DNA of 25,472 nucleotides, from positions 1-25,472 of IMG/VR virus record IMGVR_UViG_3300027863_000162, one strand, 5' to 3'. A program made the translations under genes and the position numbers. The DNA comes from a virus. Its lineage: Duplodnaviria > Caudoviricetes. Under the pieces are notes generated by a model. That model saw only the letters and a program-made list of their open reading frames with translations. It did no database searches and was not told where the DNA came from. Below, piece after piece: positions 6,627-15,645 of the stretch (positions within the stretch are counted from its first letter, which is position 1; every line of letters starts with the position of its first letter).

Positions 6627-7829
6627 TTAGAAGTAGGTAATGACAACACAAATTCCAGGAGCTCCATTGCCACCTGAACCGCCATAAGTTCCACCAGCCC
6701 CCATCGAACCTCCGCCACCACCGCCACCGCCATATAATCCTCCCGCTCCTCCCTTTCCTCCGACTGATGTCCAACCGCCACCGCCACCTCCGCCACCACA
6801 TCCACCTAATGGTTCATTGGTTAACACACTTGCTCCGTTTCCTCCGTCAGAACCACTGCCACATCCGCCGCTACCACCAGATATATTTCTGGTAACTGTT
6901 TTTCCTCCTCCGCCTCCACCACAAGTAGTGCCCCCAGATGATGGTTGTCCTCCACCTCCGCCACCACATCCACCGAAAACTTCGCCACTGGCACCTGCAC
7001 CAGCATTCCCCCCATCTGTTCCATTACTTAAATTTCCTTTTCCTCCTGCACCGCCTGGAGCGGGGTTACTACCGCTAGCTCCCCCTTTACCACCACCAGC
7101 ACGCACATAATTACCAAATGTAGTATCTCCCCCGTCACCTCCGCTGTTTCCAGGAGAACCGCCACTTCCACCTGCTCCTACTGTAACCGCCACAGAGGAT
7201 GGTAATAAATCAGCTTGTAGAATTTGCCTTGAAGCACCACCACCTCCTCCGCCACCCGCAGATCCAGCATTTATTCCCTTTCCTCCTCCGCCACCACCGC
7301 CACCACCAATACAGGTAACTTCTATAACCTTCGCACCTGCTGGTTTATACCAAGTTCCACTTGAAGTAAATACTTGTACATCTGGTGATGCTGATTTCGG
7401 TTTCAACATAAATGGTCTCACATCCCTCAAAATATACCCCTGTCCTGCTGTGTCTTTATCTCTTATCTGAGCTTGTCCAACCCTGTTGTACACTTCGCAA
7501 ATTACTATTTTATCCGATGGATAACTTGGCGGTGTTGGATTGGCTGCTTCTGTTCCTGCTACTATTGAAAGTGTGCCTGAGCTATCAATTACTAATAAAT
7601 CTATTCGTGGGTTACTTGTTGGCGCTGTAAATTGCGGGCTGTCGCCACCAGCAAATTCCACTCTCGTGTCTCCGATAAAAAATACACCTTTTTCGACTTT
7701 TAATGTTAAGTTTGGCGTGCTTTGTTCGTGCGCCAAAAGCTGTGATGCTCCGTAGGCATCGTCTATTAAATTGTTGTATTGCGCGGCTGTTGCTGTGTCG
7801 CCTGCGTTGACTTTTGATGCTTTTGCCAT
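6627..7829 (-). CDS. glycine-rich tail fibre / receptor-binding protein
   Basis: N-terminal attachment region, then FTSSGTW..P.G and poly-Gly runs ending GICVVITYF; last tail gene. Confidence 0.75.
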   Translation of the reverse strand: MAKASKVNAGDTATAAQYNNLIDDAYGASQLLAHEQSTPNLTLKVEKGVFFIGDTRVEFAGGDSPQFTAPTSNPRIDLLVIDSSGTLSIVAGTEAANPTPPSYPSDKIVICEVYNRVGQAQIRDKDTAGQGYILRDVRPFMLKPKSASPDVQVFTSSGTWYKPAGAKVIEVTCIGGGGGGGGGKGINAGSAGGGGGGGASRQILQADLLPSSVAVTVGAGGSGGSPGNSGGDGGDTTFGNYVRAGGGKGGASGSNPAPGGAGGKGNLSNGTDGGNAGAGASGEVFGGCGGGGGGQPSSGGTTCGGGGGGKTVTRNISGGSGGCGSGSDGGNGASVLTNEPLGGCGGGGGGGGWTSVGGKGGAGGLYGGGGGGGGSMGAGGTYGGSGGNGAPGICVVITYF

Positions 7830-7845
7830 AGTTTTTAATTTAAAT

Positions 7846-8331
7846 TTAAATTTCTATCTCGACCTCAAATGTTGAATCCTCGCCTGATGATTTAGTGTAA
7901 GGGCTACCAAATAAGGCGCGGTTGAATAATCGACCTGATGAAAGTGTTCCCGATCCGTCAATAAATGTGCCAAATTCTGTATATGTCCCATTTGGAAGCA
8001 AGGCATCTGAAAAGAAAAATCTAAGTGTTAATAAGTTAGACGATATTGTATAACCTGAAATCGCGGCGCGGACGGTTGGAGTTTGAAGTTGTGTATCGCT
8101 GTTAGATGGCGGATTTGTACCAGTGCCAATATCTGCGTGTGTAATGTTTAAACTGTATGTATTGTCCCCAGCTAATCTTTTAAGAATCAAATTTCGCCCC
8201 GTGTTTTCGCCTAAAACAATCAGATTTTTTGTCCACTCCGAAATTCGCAGAATCTGATTCGTCCCTGCCTTTGTGGTGATAACCCGTATCCTACCTTTTA
8301 TTTTTAGTTGTTCATTTTCTTTTATGACCAT
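7846..8331 (-). CDS. minor tail / baseplate protein
   Basis: IGTGTNPP..SDTQL and E.G.F..LFNR pattern; synteny; probable ATG at 8331. Confidence 0.65.
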   Translation of the reverse strand: MVIKENEQLKIKGRIRVITTKAGTNQILRISEWTKNLIVLGENTGRNLILKRLAGDNTYSLNITHADIGTGTNPPSNSDTQLQTPTVRAAISGYTISSNLLTLRFFFSDALLPNGTYTEFGTFIDGSGTLSSGRLFNRALFGSPYTKSSGEDSTFEVEIEI

Positions 8332-9737
8332 GTTCCAAAATTCCAAACTAAATCATTCGACCCGCTAACGCCCCATTTGTATGGTGGCGATTTTTTGATT
8401 GGAGTTTTAAGTGTGTCAAAAATTGACATCTCTTCATAAAATGTATCTAATCTTTGAAGTACTTCGTTTGTTGCAATCGTAATGTTCTTTTTGTCTTTAC
8501 TTAGTAAATCAACCATCATGTCTGTGAGAGTAATGTCGCCTGATGCTATCATGCTTACTTCATACTCTAAGTGATCACTGCCTCTTGCTTTGGCATTAAT
8601 GCGATTGATTTTGAAAAATTTATTAAGTCCGCGAATATCGCTACTAACAAGAATTTTTTGACCTGTGCGAAGTCCCGCTCTTGTTGTTTTAAATCTTGCT
8701 TCAAAAACACTTTCAGCAAATTTTTTAAGTTCTGCTTTGGCTCTGGTTTGGGCTTCGGCTATACTTGTAATGCTTTTATCAACTATCGCGTGCTGAAACT
8801 CGCCATATGTTGAAATTGAAATTTGATCTCTGACCGAAGCGATGATTGGAATAAAAGCGTCGCCATAAATTACAATTGTGTCTCCGCTGGCTGGCGCTGT
8901 CGTGAACCTAATAAATTTTTCATTGAAGTTATAAAGGCAGTCTACGGTGTTTGGATTGGTTTGTTGGTCTGTGCCGATTGTTTGAACGACCCCGTTCTTT
9001 TTGACCGTGATGTTATCGTATCTATAAGCCAGTTGAAATGTTTTGCGCGTACCGTCTCCGATGTATTTATCAACAGAATCTGCTTCACTTATAGTTTTTT
9101 TGTATTCCCCGCCTCTTACAAAAACGTGATTTTTAAGATTTAAGATTGTTTTATTAATTTCGAGAGTTTGCCATTCAAAATTTCCGCTGGTGTCATCTAA
9201 ATTGAAAGGTGCGACGTTTGTTTCTTCGTCAAAGAAGTGAATGTCTTTATTTGCGTCTACATACCAATCCCAACCAATTTGATCAGCTAATTGAGTTAAG
9301 GCGCGGCTTACTTGTTCATAATTAAATTTTATTGACCCGACGGTTAGGTTATCTCCTTTGACATTGTTAGTTGTAAATCCACTGGTGAAGGTGTTGATGA
9401 TATCAAGCACGATTGATTTGGCGCTCTGGTTCGCATAGGATTTGGTTACAAGTTTACCGTCAAGTTTAGCGCTCCAATCTTTACAGCGACATTCGTAACC
9501 GATGAGTTTTCCCCCGATAATTTTTTCATTTCTTTCTACTAAAATTCCACCGAATATTTTTTCGCCGTTTTCTAACAATTCAATCGTATCACCAAGATCT
9601 GGAATAGTTTTCGCGCCTGTCTTTTTAATCAGAAATTCAAGCCGATCGACTTCCTTTGTCAAAACCGAAGTCCAAGATAATGACGACCAATCAATTGAGC
9701 TGCTTCTATCTACATTGTTAATTTTTAGCGTGAGCAT
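8322..9737 (-). CDS. tail-tip hub protein with an inserted GDG beta-domain
   Basis: Directly after the tape measure gene; hub-like L.QLA..GWDWYVD..K.IHF; inserted domain at 8862-9071. Confidence 0.75.
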   Translation of the reverse strand: MLTLKINNVDRSSSIDWSSLSWTSVLTKEVDRLEFLIKKTGAKTIPDLGDTIELLENGEKIFGGILVERNEKIIGGKLIGYECRCKDWSAKLDGKLVTKSYANQSAKSIVLDIINTFTSGFTTNNVKGDNLTVGSIKFNYEQVSRALTQLADQIGWDWYVDANKDIHFFDEETNVAPFNLDDTSGNFEWQTLEINKTILNLKNHVFVRGGEYKKTISEADSVDKYIGDGTRKTFQLAYRYDNITVKKNGVVQTIGTDQQTNPNTVDCLYNFNEKFIRFTTAPASGDTIVIYGDAFIPIIASVRDQISISTYGEFQHAIVDKSITSIAEAQTRAKAELKKFAESVFEARFKTTRAGLRTGQKILVSSDIRGLNKFFKINRINAKARGSDHLEYEVSMIASGDITLTDMMVDLLSKDKKNITIATNEVLQRLDTFYEEMSIFDTLKTPIKKSPPYKWGVSGSNDLVWNFGTWS

Positions 9738-11042
9738 TTATAGTTTTAATTGATATTTAATGACCTTTGCGATGGCGTTTCCGAATTTTTCTGCTATTTC
9801 CATGTCAGTGTAAAAATCACCCTGTAAGTTAATCGTAATACCTCCCGTGCCTAAACCACCTAATCGGTTTAATGGAATAATTGCTTCTGGACCCGCTTCG
9901 CCGACCATGCCTAAGATTGGCTTGGTAACAATTCCGCCTTCTTGAAAAGGAATTATCTTGCTTATGCCTGATTTAATTGTTCCGCCAACAGATGAAACAA
10001 GTGATTTTGCCGCATTGACAGCGCTTGATAATGCGTTAATTAGTGATTGAACTACTCCTAAAACCGAGTTAACCGCATTTTTAATAAAATCAACCACGCC
10101 TTTGGTTATATCCTGAATTCCCAGAAAGTTTGTTTTCCACGCTGTATAAAGTGCTGTGCCAACGCTAATTATGGCTGAAATAGCGGCAACTATTAGTCCA
10201 AATGGACCAAGAGCCGCTAAAGCAGTTGACGCGGCTACAACGAACCCTGCTCCAACCATGCCAATCAATAAACTACCAGCAATGGTTAGAAGTGTGTTGT
10301 GTTTTTCTAATACCGCATTGATGCCGCCTTGTGCCTCGACCCATCTTAATATCGATTGAATAACCTCTTTAATAAATTCTACAAATGGTTGCCCTATTGC
10401 TTCCTCTATCTCTCCAAGATAAGTTCTAAGTGTTTGAGTCATACCAGTTAGTGTTTCTGAATATCTTTCTGCTTGCCCTTGTGTCGCTCGCATAACTGAT
10501 TGAAGGATTGTTTGTTTGGATGCGTGTTCATCTATGTCAATTCCGAATTGTTTAAGTAATCTTCCACCGCCCTGAAAAGCCAAAATTAATGCGTTCGTTG
10601 CCTCTTCTAAACTGATGCCTCTAAAACGCGCTAAATCCATTGCCGCCTGAAACGCTTGCATTGTTAGATTGATGTCTCCAGTTGCCTGAAGGAGACGCGC
10701 CATACTCACTGCCGATTCTTCATTATCAAAACCAAATCGCATCGCAGCATTTGCCGCTTCTAAAATTTGACCCCTGTATTGTTGAAGTTTTGGCGGTAAT
10801 GAACTCATAATTGCGTCAAACTTTGCCATTTTTACTTCTGATTCGGCAAACGCATTAATGCTTTTTAGTAAAGTTGCGCCTGCTATCGCCGCCAACGATC
10901 CTGCTAATATACCCGCTTTTAATCCAGCAAAGTTAAGCGAGCCCCCTAAATCAGAAACATCATTTGAAAGCCGATTTAAAGCCGTCGATGCTTCATCTCG
11001 GACTTTCACTAAGATATTAAGTTGGCTTGTTGCTTCCGACAT
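9738..11042 (-). CDS. tape measure protein (short, 434 aa)
   Basis: Helical Ala/Gly-rich sequence with a hydrophobic middle; C-terminal FQEGGIV...GEAGPEAIIPL; follows the tail chaperone. Confidence 0.9.
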   Translation of the reverse strand: MSEATSQLNILVKVRDEASTALNRLSNDVSDLGGSLNFAGLKAGILAGSLAAIAGATLLKSINAFAESEVKMAKFDAIMSSLPPKLQQYRGQILEAANAAMRFGFDNEESAVSMARLLQATGDINLTMQAFQAAMDLARFRGISLEEATNALILAFQGGGRLLKQFGIDIDEHASKQTILQSVMRATQGQAERYSETLTGMTQTLRTYLGEIEEAIGQPFVEFIKEVIQSILRWVEAQGGINAVLEKHNTLLTIAGSLLIGMVGAGFVVAASTALAALGPFGLIVAAISAIISVGTALYTAWKTNFLGIQDITKGVVDFIKNAVNSVLGVVQSLINALSSAVNAAKSLVSSVGGTIKSGISKIIPFQEGGIVTKPILGMVGEAGPEAIIPLNRLGGLGTGGITINLQGDFYTDMEIAEKFGNAIAKVIKYQLKL

Positions 11043-11058
11043 TGTTTTGTGTTATAAT
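11030..11058 (+). promoter_or_regulatory. antisense promoter of the moron gene
   Basis: TTGCTT (11030-35)-N17-TATAAT (11053-58) with an extended -10 TG; overlaps the tape measure start codon. Confidence 0.7.
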
Positions 11059-11090
11059 TTTTTGGTCGATAAATAATGTGTTGTTTTTTT

Positions 11091-11519
11091 ATGGCTTTTA
11101 ATCAAGTCAATCAAAAACTCTCGGGTCTACAAATTTTTAAGGTTTTGAGCGGCATTTTCTTGTTTGCTATTATTTTGCTTATTATTATTGCCATATCCTC
11201 TAATAAATCCCCAAATAAAACCGTAATCCCTCTTCAAGCCAAATCTATTTCTAAAACTACGTTTACTGATCTGGATCGCTATAAATCTAATTACATAATT
11301 GAACGGTTTGTAGCTGATGGTGTATCAAATATCCTTTCACTTTCAAATAGTTACGATGATGTAACTGTTAAACTGAATGGAGAAATTCAACTATTTTCTA
11401 CCTGCCCTCATCAAACATATAATCTTTGCTACGATTTTTCTGGCAAACGATTCATCTTTCGATCCGCCCCATTTAAAGACTCTGAAATAACTGTTCGTGG
11501 TTTTCCTTTGTCAAAATAA
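11091..11519 (+). CDS. moron: single-pass membrane protein with a tail-tip-like domain; candidate superinfection exclusion factor
   Basis: Only plus-strand gene; TM segment VLSGIFLFAIILLIIIAIS; C-terminal domain aligns with the hub protein; ATG at 11091 (alternative 11076). Confidence 0.8.
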   Translation: MAFNQVNQKLSGLQIFKVLSGIFLFAIILLIIIAISSNKSPNKTVIPLQAKSISKTTFTDLDRYKSNYIIERFVADGVSNILSLSNSYDDVTVKLNGEIQLFSTCPHQTYNLCYDFSGKRFIFRSAPFKDSEITVRGFPLSK

Positions 11520-11527
11520 TTTTTTTA

Positions 11528-11743
11528 TTATTTTGTTGTTGTCCGTCTTTTGATTTCTTCACTCTCCGCTTTTAGCAATGCGCGAATTATATCAATGAAC
11601 CAACTCGGCTGATTTTGGTATTCCTGATAAGTCCATTTCATTTCTCGGCAAATCAGCGCGGCAATCATTTCTTCTCTTAATTCTGCCTTCCCTAAGGCGA
11701 AATAGCGTTCCCATGTGTACGCTATTTCGCCGTCTGAAAATTT
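11528..11743 (-). CDS. frameshifted extension of the tail assembly chaperone (gpGT-like)
   Basis: -1 frame reads FSDGEIAYTWERYF...ICREMKWTYQEYQNQPSWFIDII...TTK*. Confidence 0.8.
   Translation of the reverse strand, partial: KFSDGEIAYTWERYFALGKAELREEMIAALICREMKWTYQEYQNQPSWFIDIIRALLKAESEEIKRRTTTK
11696..11743 (-). promoter_or_regulatory. programmed -1 frameshift signal
   Basis: A AAT TTT heptamer (11743-11737), 5-nt spacer, perfect 13-bp hairpin (11731-11696). Confidence 0.85.
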
Positions 11744-12051
11744 CCTGACTTTATTTTGTTTGCTTCTGCTACGACAAAATCGTATTCTTCTGGCGCACTA
11801 TCTAAAAGACGATCAACGATGTTTTCTGAGCTGCCATCATAAGAAATAACCGCAACCTCAATAAGTTTCTTTTCTGCTTCATCCATAACTGAAGCGGGTA
11901 TTTCATCTTTAACTTGCGCCGTATTACTTTCTATTTTCATTTCTTTTAAGAAGACGTTTCTCAATTCATTTCTTTCTCGGGCATTAAGGAAGGTTTTCAT
12001 AACGATCTCTTTTCCAGATGGTGTTTTTATTGTTTTGGTTTCTCTTTCCAT
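11722..12051 (-). CDS. tail assembly chaperone (gpG-like)
   Basis: Acidic 109-aa protein between tail tube and tape measure, with a slippery site at its 3' end. Confidence 0.85.
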   Translation of the reverse strand: MERETKTIKTPSGKEIVMKTFLNARERNELRNVFLKEMKIESNTAQVKDEIPASVMDEAEKKLIEVAVISYDGSSENIVDRLLDSAPEEYDFVVAEANKIKSGNFQTAK

Positions 12052-12056
12052 AATTT

Positions 12057-13037
12057 TTAGTAAGAATTAACTGTGTTATTGCATAAAACGCTTATCATTT
12101 TAGCGTCTGATAAATCATAATGCGCTTTGAAAGCGAGAGTTTGCATCACGATGTCGTTGAGTTTAATCGGTCTCGTGATTTCCTTAAAAATCACTTTATG
12201 AAGATCAATTTTAATTCTTGGGTTTGATGAATTGCCGATAGTCACATCGTTATTAACCAAATCAAGCCTCATGGCTTTTTTGGTCGCCGTTAATGCCACT
12301 TCTTTGAAGTCTGTTTCGTTTTGCCAGATCGCTTCTAATGTCCCCTCGATTGAGAGTTGCTTATTGAGAAGATCTATCGGAGAAAGGTTACCAAGTGCGA
12401 GGTCTTCTTCGATGTTCTTCTCAATCTTGAGCGTCAATGATCTAATGTTCATTGGCGACGCCGCATCTAAACCTGCCTGATTTGAAGCTAATTTGAAAGT
12501 AAAGTGTTTATGTGTGAAGCGGTTTTCGGCTGTTTGCGATGGCGTCAATGTTGCTGTTTCTCCTTTCTTGGCTTTAATTGTGACCTTGTAATTAAGAATT
12601 TTGCCAAGTTCGTAGGCAATTTCTAATGTCTGGATAACGCCGAGCGCGTGTTTATAATCTTGTCCGCTTAACGGATCGTCGATGCCGATTGTCAAACTTT
12701 GGTGTTGCGCTCCTTGTTGGACGCTGATTATGTGGTCATAAACGGTTGTCTCGCCGCTTTTGAGCGCGCTACTAATTGCGCCTAACGCCGCATAAAGCAA
12801 TAACGGAAAGTGGCGGTCGCCAATTGGCGCTTCCCAGTTTCCTTCTGCCCATTGTTTGACTATTGTTTGTCCGATTGAATCCTCGATAACGCCAACGGTT
12901 GCATCGTCAAGCACTTTTTCGTCCTTCTCTTGAATATCAAGGCTTGAAAATGGTATCCAGTAGGACGGATTTACTGTCGTTCCTCTGGTTGTTTCTTTGC
13001 CTATACCTAATGAAAATAGTCTACCAATTCCTTTCAT
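12057..13037 (-). CDS. major tail tube protein
   Basis: N-terminal GIGKETTRGT, 326 aa, beta-rich, synteny. Confidence 0.85.
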   Translation of the reverse strand: MKGIGRLFSLGIGKETTRGTTVNPSYWIPFSSLDIQEKDEKVLDDATVGVIEDSIGQTIVKQWAEGNWEAPIGDRHFPLLLYAALGAISSALKSGETTVYDHIISVQQGAQHQSLTIGIDDPLSGQDYKHALGVIQTLEIAYELGKILNYKVTIKAKKGETATLTPSQTAENRFTHKHFTFKLASNQAGLDAASPMNIRSLTLKIEKNIEEDLALGNLSPIDLLNKQLSIEGTLEAIWQNETDFKEVALTATKKAMRLDLVNNDVTIGNSSNPRIKIDLHKVIFKEITRPIKLNDIVMQTLAFKAHYDLSDAKMISVLCNNTVNSY

Positions 13038-13042
13038 GTTTT

Positions 13043-13237
13043 TTATTCATTAATTATTTGACTTTTTTCGACCTTTTTTCTTTTGCTTTGCCAGATTTCT
13101 TCCGCTTCTTCGCGGCTTCTGGCTAAAATTGTTATTGGTTCGTATTCTCCACTGCCTGCGAAATGAAATTCTTGAAGTTCGCCCTCAATTTTTGTTTCGC
13201 TACCGACTATTTGTTTGTTTTTCGCGTTTTTTATCAT
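13043..13237 (-). CDS. hypothetical protein (neck/tail region)
   Basis: 64-aa ORF tightly packed in the operon. Confidence 0.7.
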   Translation of the reverse strand: MIKNAKNKQIVGSETKIEGELQEFHFAGSGEYEPITILARSREEAEEIWQSKRKKVEKSQIINE

Positions 13238-13249
13238 GGTTTTTATTTT

Positions 13250-13693
13250 TTATGTTCTTGTGTATGTCGCCCGTGCTTTGATGATAATTGAAAATACGAT
13301 GAATGATCTTGAACGATCCGTAATTGTAGCGACTGGCGACGCTGATGGTTCGACCCCGCCATCAGCTGTTCCGTTTAGTGTCGGGTTGTCGTCAAATCGT
13401 TTCATAATTTCATCTCTTAAATCTTCAATCTGTGTTGCATTTTGTATATTTTCTCCTTTTTCTAAAATTACAATCTCAAAAGAATAAATTCTGATATTAT
13501 CTCGGTTCGTTAGTGTTTCTGCTTCAATGCTTGGCGATAAAAGAATCGCAGCTGGATATTTGGCAATGTCTCTATCAAAAATATTTGAAACCTTAAAGTC
13601 GTCTACCTGAACTTCGCCGAGTATGCCTGCTGTCACTAATGCGTCCAGCTCGGTTTTGATTGCATTTTTTAGTGTTGTTTCGATGCTCGCCAT
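13250..13693 (-). CDS. tail terminator-like protein
   Basis: Size, YPA motif, position before the tube gene. Confidence 0.65.
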   Translation of the reverse strand: MASIETTLKNAIKTELDALVTAGILGEVQVDDFKVSNIFDRDIAKYPAAILLSPSIEAETLTNRDNIRIYSFEIVILEKGENIQNATQIEDLRDEIMKRFDDNPTLNGTADGGVEPSASPVATITDRSRSFIVFSIIIKARATYTRT

Positions 13694-13698
13694 GATGA

Positions 13699-14166
13699 CT
13701 AAAATTGATTTGCCTTATTAGCGATTTCTTGATTGACCTTATCAAGTGCTTGTAAAAATAATTTATTAATCTCTGGCGTTGCCTTTTTGGCTATTTTTAT
13801 CATGAACGGATTCGGCTTTGTGCCAGGATGCCTTACTCTTTTTACTGGATGTTCTGCTCCTTCCCAGTAAAGCGCTCTTTTGAATTTCGGAAATATTTCG
13901 TGCGGGCGTGTGCCTTCGTGGACATAAACTGCATATTTTACTGTCGGAAACCACCTTGCCCATAATCTACCTGTTGCAAACCTGAAACTTTGCAGAAGAA
14001 ATCCTGTTCTGTATGGCACTGGATCGTTTTTTAACGTGTATTTTGCTAACACTGCCTGCGACGCTACAATCGCCTTCTGAAAAATTGGCTCACTGATTTT
14101 CGGGTAATCTCTTAGCGCTCTTCGCAATGAATCCAAATTTTTAATTTCAATTTCTATGTCCGCCAT
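13699..14166 (-). CDS. HK97 gp10-like tail completion protein
   Basis: PYRTGFL..S, YAVYVHEGT, HPGTKPNPFM. Confidence 0.85.
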   Translation of the reverse strand: MADIEIEIKNLDSLRRALRDYPKISEPIFQKAIVASQAVLAKYTLKNDPVPYRTGFLLQSFRFATGRLWARWFPTVKYAVYVHEGTRPHEIFPKFKRALYWEGAEHPVKRVRHPGTKPNPFMIKIAKKATPEINKLFLQALDKVNQEIANKANQF

Positions 14167-14167
14167 G

Positions 14168-14788
14168 TTAGATGAATGCTGGTAATCGACGATATCTGGC
14201 GATTGTTTCTCTGTCCTCTGTTGTTATATCCTGCGCCCAGTTAATCGTTCCGCCTTCAAATGAATCATTGACTCTTCCTTCTGACTCTCGGCGCTTGAAC
14301 CAGCGAATAACCAATCTTTCGGCTAAGTCTGTAATGTCCGCTGGTAGGGTATGCTTGCTTGTATCTCCTGCATTTGCGAAATCTATTTTATATCCCGCTT
14401 TGTATGTAAAACGCACCGCATTTATTCCCTTAATCAAACCGTAAAATTTGACGATGCCTGATTCTCCATTATCAAGTAATTCGTAATCATTAGCATTGAA
14501 ATCAGTCCATTGAAGATCCGAAGTTGAACCTGAACGATATTGTGCTGAGATAATTTCTGAAACTGGTATTTGTTTCAAAAAGACCATATCCTGTATTTCG
14601 CCGTGAATAGAATAAACCTCGTCCGTATAAATGGTCTCTTTAAACCTTCGGTTTGTCTGGTTTTCTATAAAATCAGTCGCAGCATTAATTAAACGCTGAA
14701 TAAGCACATCATGTCCTGTTGTGGTTATGGCAAGGCGATCTTTAATACGTTGATCCGTTGTTAATGCGTAATCTAATAATTTCTCCAT
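14168..14788 (-). CDS. head-tail adaptor (HK97 gp6 / SPP1 gp15-like)
   Basis: LINAATDFIE...R.F, YKAGY, LPADI, C-terminal YRR. Confidence 0.85.
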   Translation of the reverse strand: MEKLLDYALTTDQRIKDRLAITTTGHDVLIQRLINAATDFIENQTNRRFKETIYTDEVYSIHGEIQDMVFLKQIPVSEIISAQYRSGSTSDLQWTDFNANDYELLDNGESGIVKFYGLIKGINAVRFTYKAGYKIDFANAGDTSKHTLPADITDLAERLVIRWFKRRESEGRVNDSFEGGTINWAQDITTEDRETIARYRRLPAFI

Positions 14789-14911
14789 GTTTTAATGTTT
14801 TTAAATTTTTAGAGAAGCCTCTCACGATATCCCCAGTTTTCACCAGAGAGTCGGTATTGAGATTCCTCAATTTTTTCAGGGTTTTATGTTTATATTTTTG
14901 AGCCCCCGCTT

Positions 14912-14945
14912 CTCTCCTCTTGTCTTATTGTCGCCAAGAGGAGAG
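14912..14945. other. intergenic 11-bp hairpin
   Basis: ctctcctcttg / caagaggagag. Confidence 0.7.
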
Positions 14946-14963
14946 TCAGCCGAAGCTCAGTCG

Positions 14964-15350
14964 TTAGTTGACTGGCTCTTGGTAAGCGCGACCAAGCAGT
15001 ATTACGCAAGCCGCATCAAAACTTGGTGATGTGCCTCCAGGAGTAGCAACCGCTCTTAGATATCTCTTTCGTGAAGTACCTAAGCCCTCAATTCTTAAAA
15101 TTTGCGAATTATTCGCTGCTGTTACTTGTGCGAAGGTTGCGCCGCTAACATCAGACCAAGTTGAAGCATCATCTGACTCTTGAATTTTGACATTAAGAGT
15201 CGGGCTTGTGCCTGAAACTGCGCCAACTTCAAGGATAGCCGCTGCTGAATTATATCCCTGCGTATCAACCGAACCACCATTAGTGTTTGAGCTGATAGTT
15301 TGCGGTCGGATTGTTACTGCTGCTTTAATCGCATCATAAACACTGCGCAT
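14964..15350 (-). CDS. capsid decoration/cement-like protein
   Basis: Beta-rich with QESDD..W.DV and KRYLR; follows the capsid gene. Confidence 0.65.
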   Translation of the reverse strand: MRSVYDAIKAAVTIRPQTISSNTNGGSVDTQGYNSAAAILEVGAVSGTSPTLNVKIQESDDASTWSDVSGATFAQVTAANNSQILRIEGLGTSRKRYLRAVATPGGTSPSFDAACVILLGRAYQEPVN

Positions 15351-15353
15351 ATT

Positions 15354-15572
15354 TTATTTTTTGGCTTTCCTGCTCCTCTTGGGCTTGACAGCCGCCTCGT
15401 CCTCGACCTTTGCGCCCGTTGTCACGGGTACGGACTCCAGCGCGACGTACTCGTCGCCAAGATTCGCCGCCTCTTCATCCGTTAGCATGATAGTTTCGCC
15501 AATTTCTCGGCGTCCTCCCCATGCTATCGGTTTTATGACTTTATAAATTTTTTTTTCTTTTGTTGTGTTCAT
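15354..15572 (-). CDS. small head-associated protein
   Basis: YKV..PI..GG....GE.I.LT.EEA..LG pattern directly after the capsid gene. Confidence 0.6.
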   Translation of the reverse strand: MNTTKEKKIYKVIKPIAWGGRREIGETIMLTDEEAANLGDEYVALESVPVTTGAKVEDEAAVKPKRSRKAKK

Positions 15573-15585
15573 AATAATAATCTTT

Positions 15586-15631
15586 CTCTTTCTCCTCCCG
15601 TCCTGAGGAAGAGGTACAGGAGGAGAAAGAG
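15586..15631. other. 13-bp hairpin after the major capsid gene
   Basis: ctctttctcctcc / ggaggagaaagag. Confidence 0.75.
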
Positions 15632-15645
15632 TTTAATCGCTAAAA

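Noticed and set aside
6680-7310. CCACCG/CCTCC-type repeats and Pro-rich or Val-rich alternative ORFs
   Set aside because: These come from the poly-Gly codons of the tail fibre. There is no repeat-spacer structure, so this is neither a CRISPR array nor separate genes.
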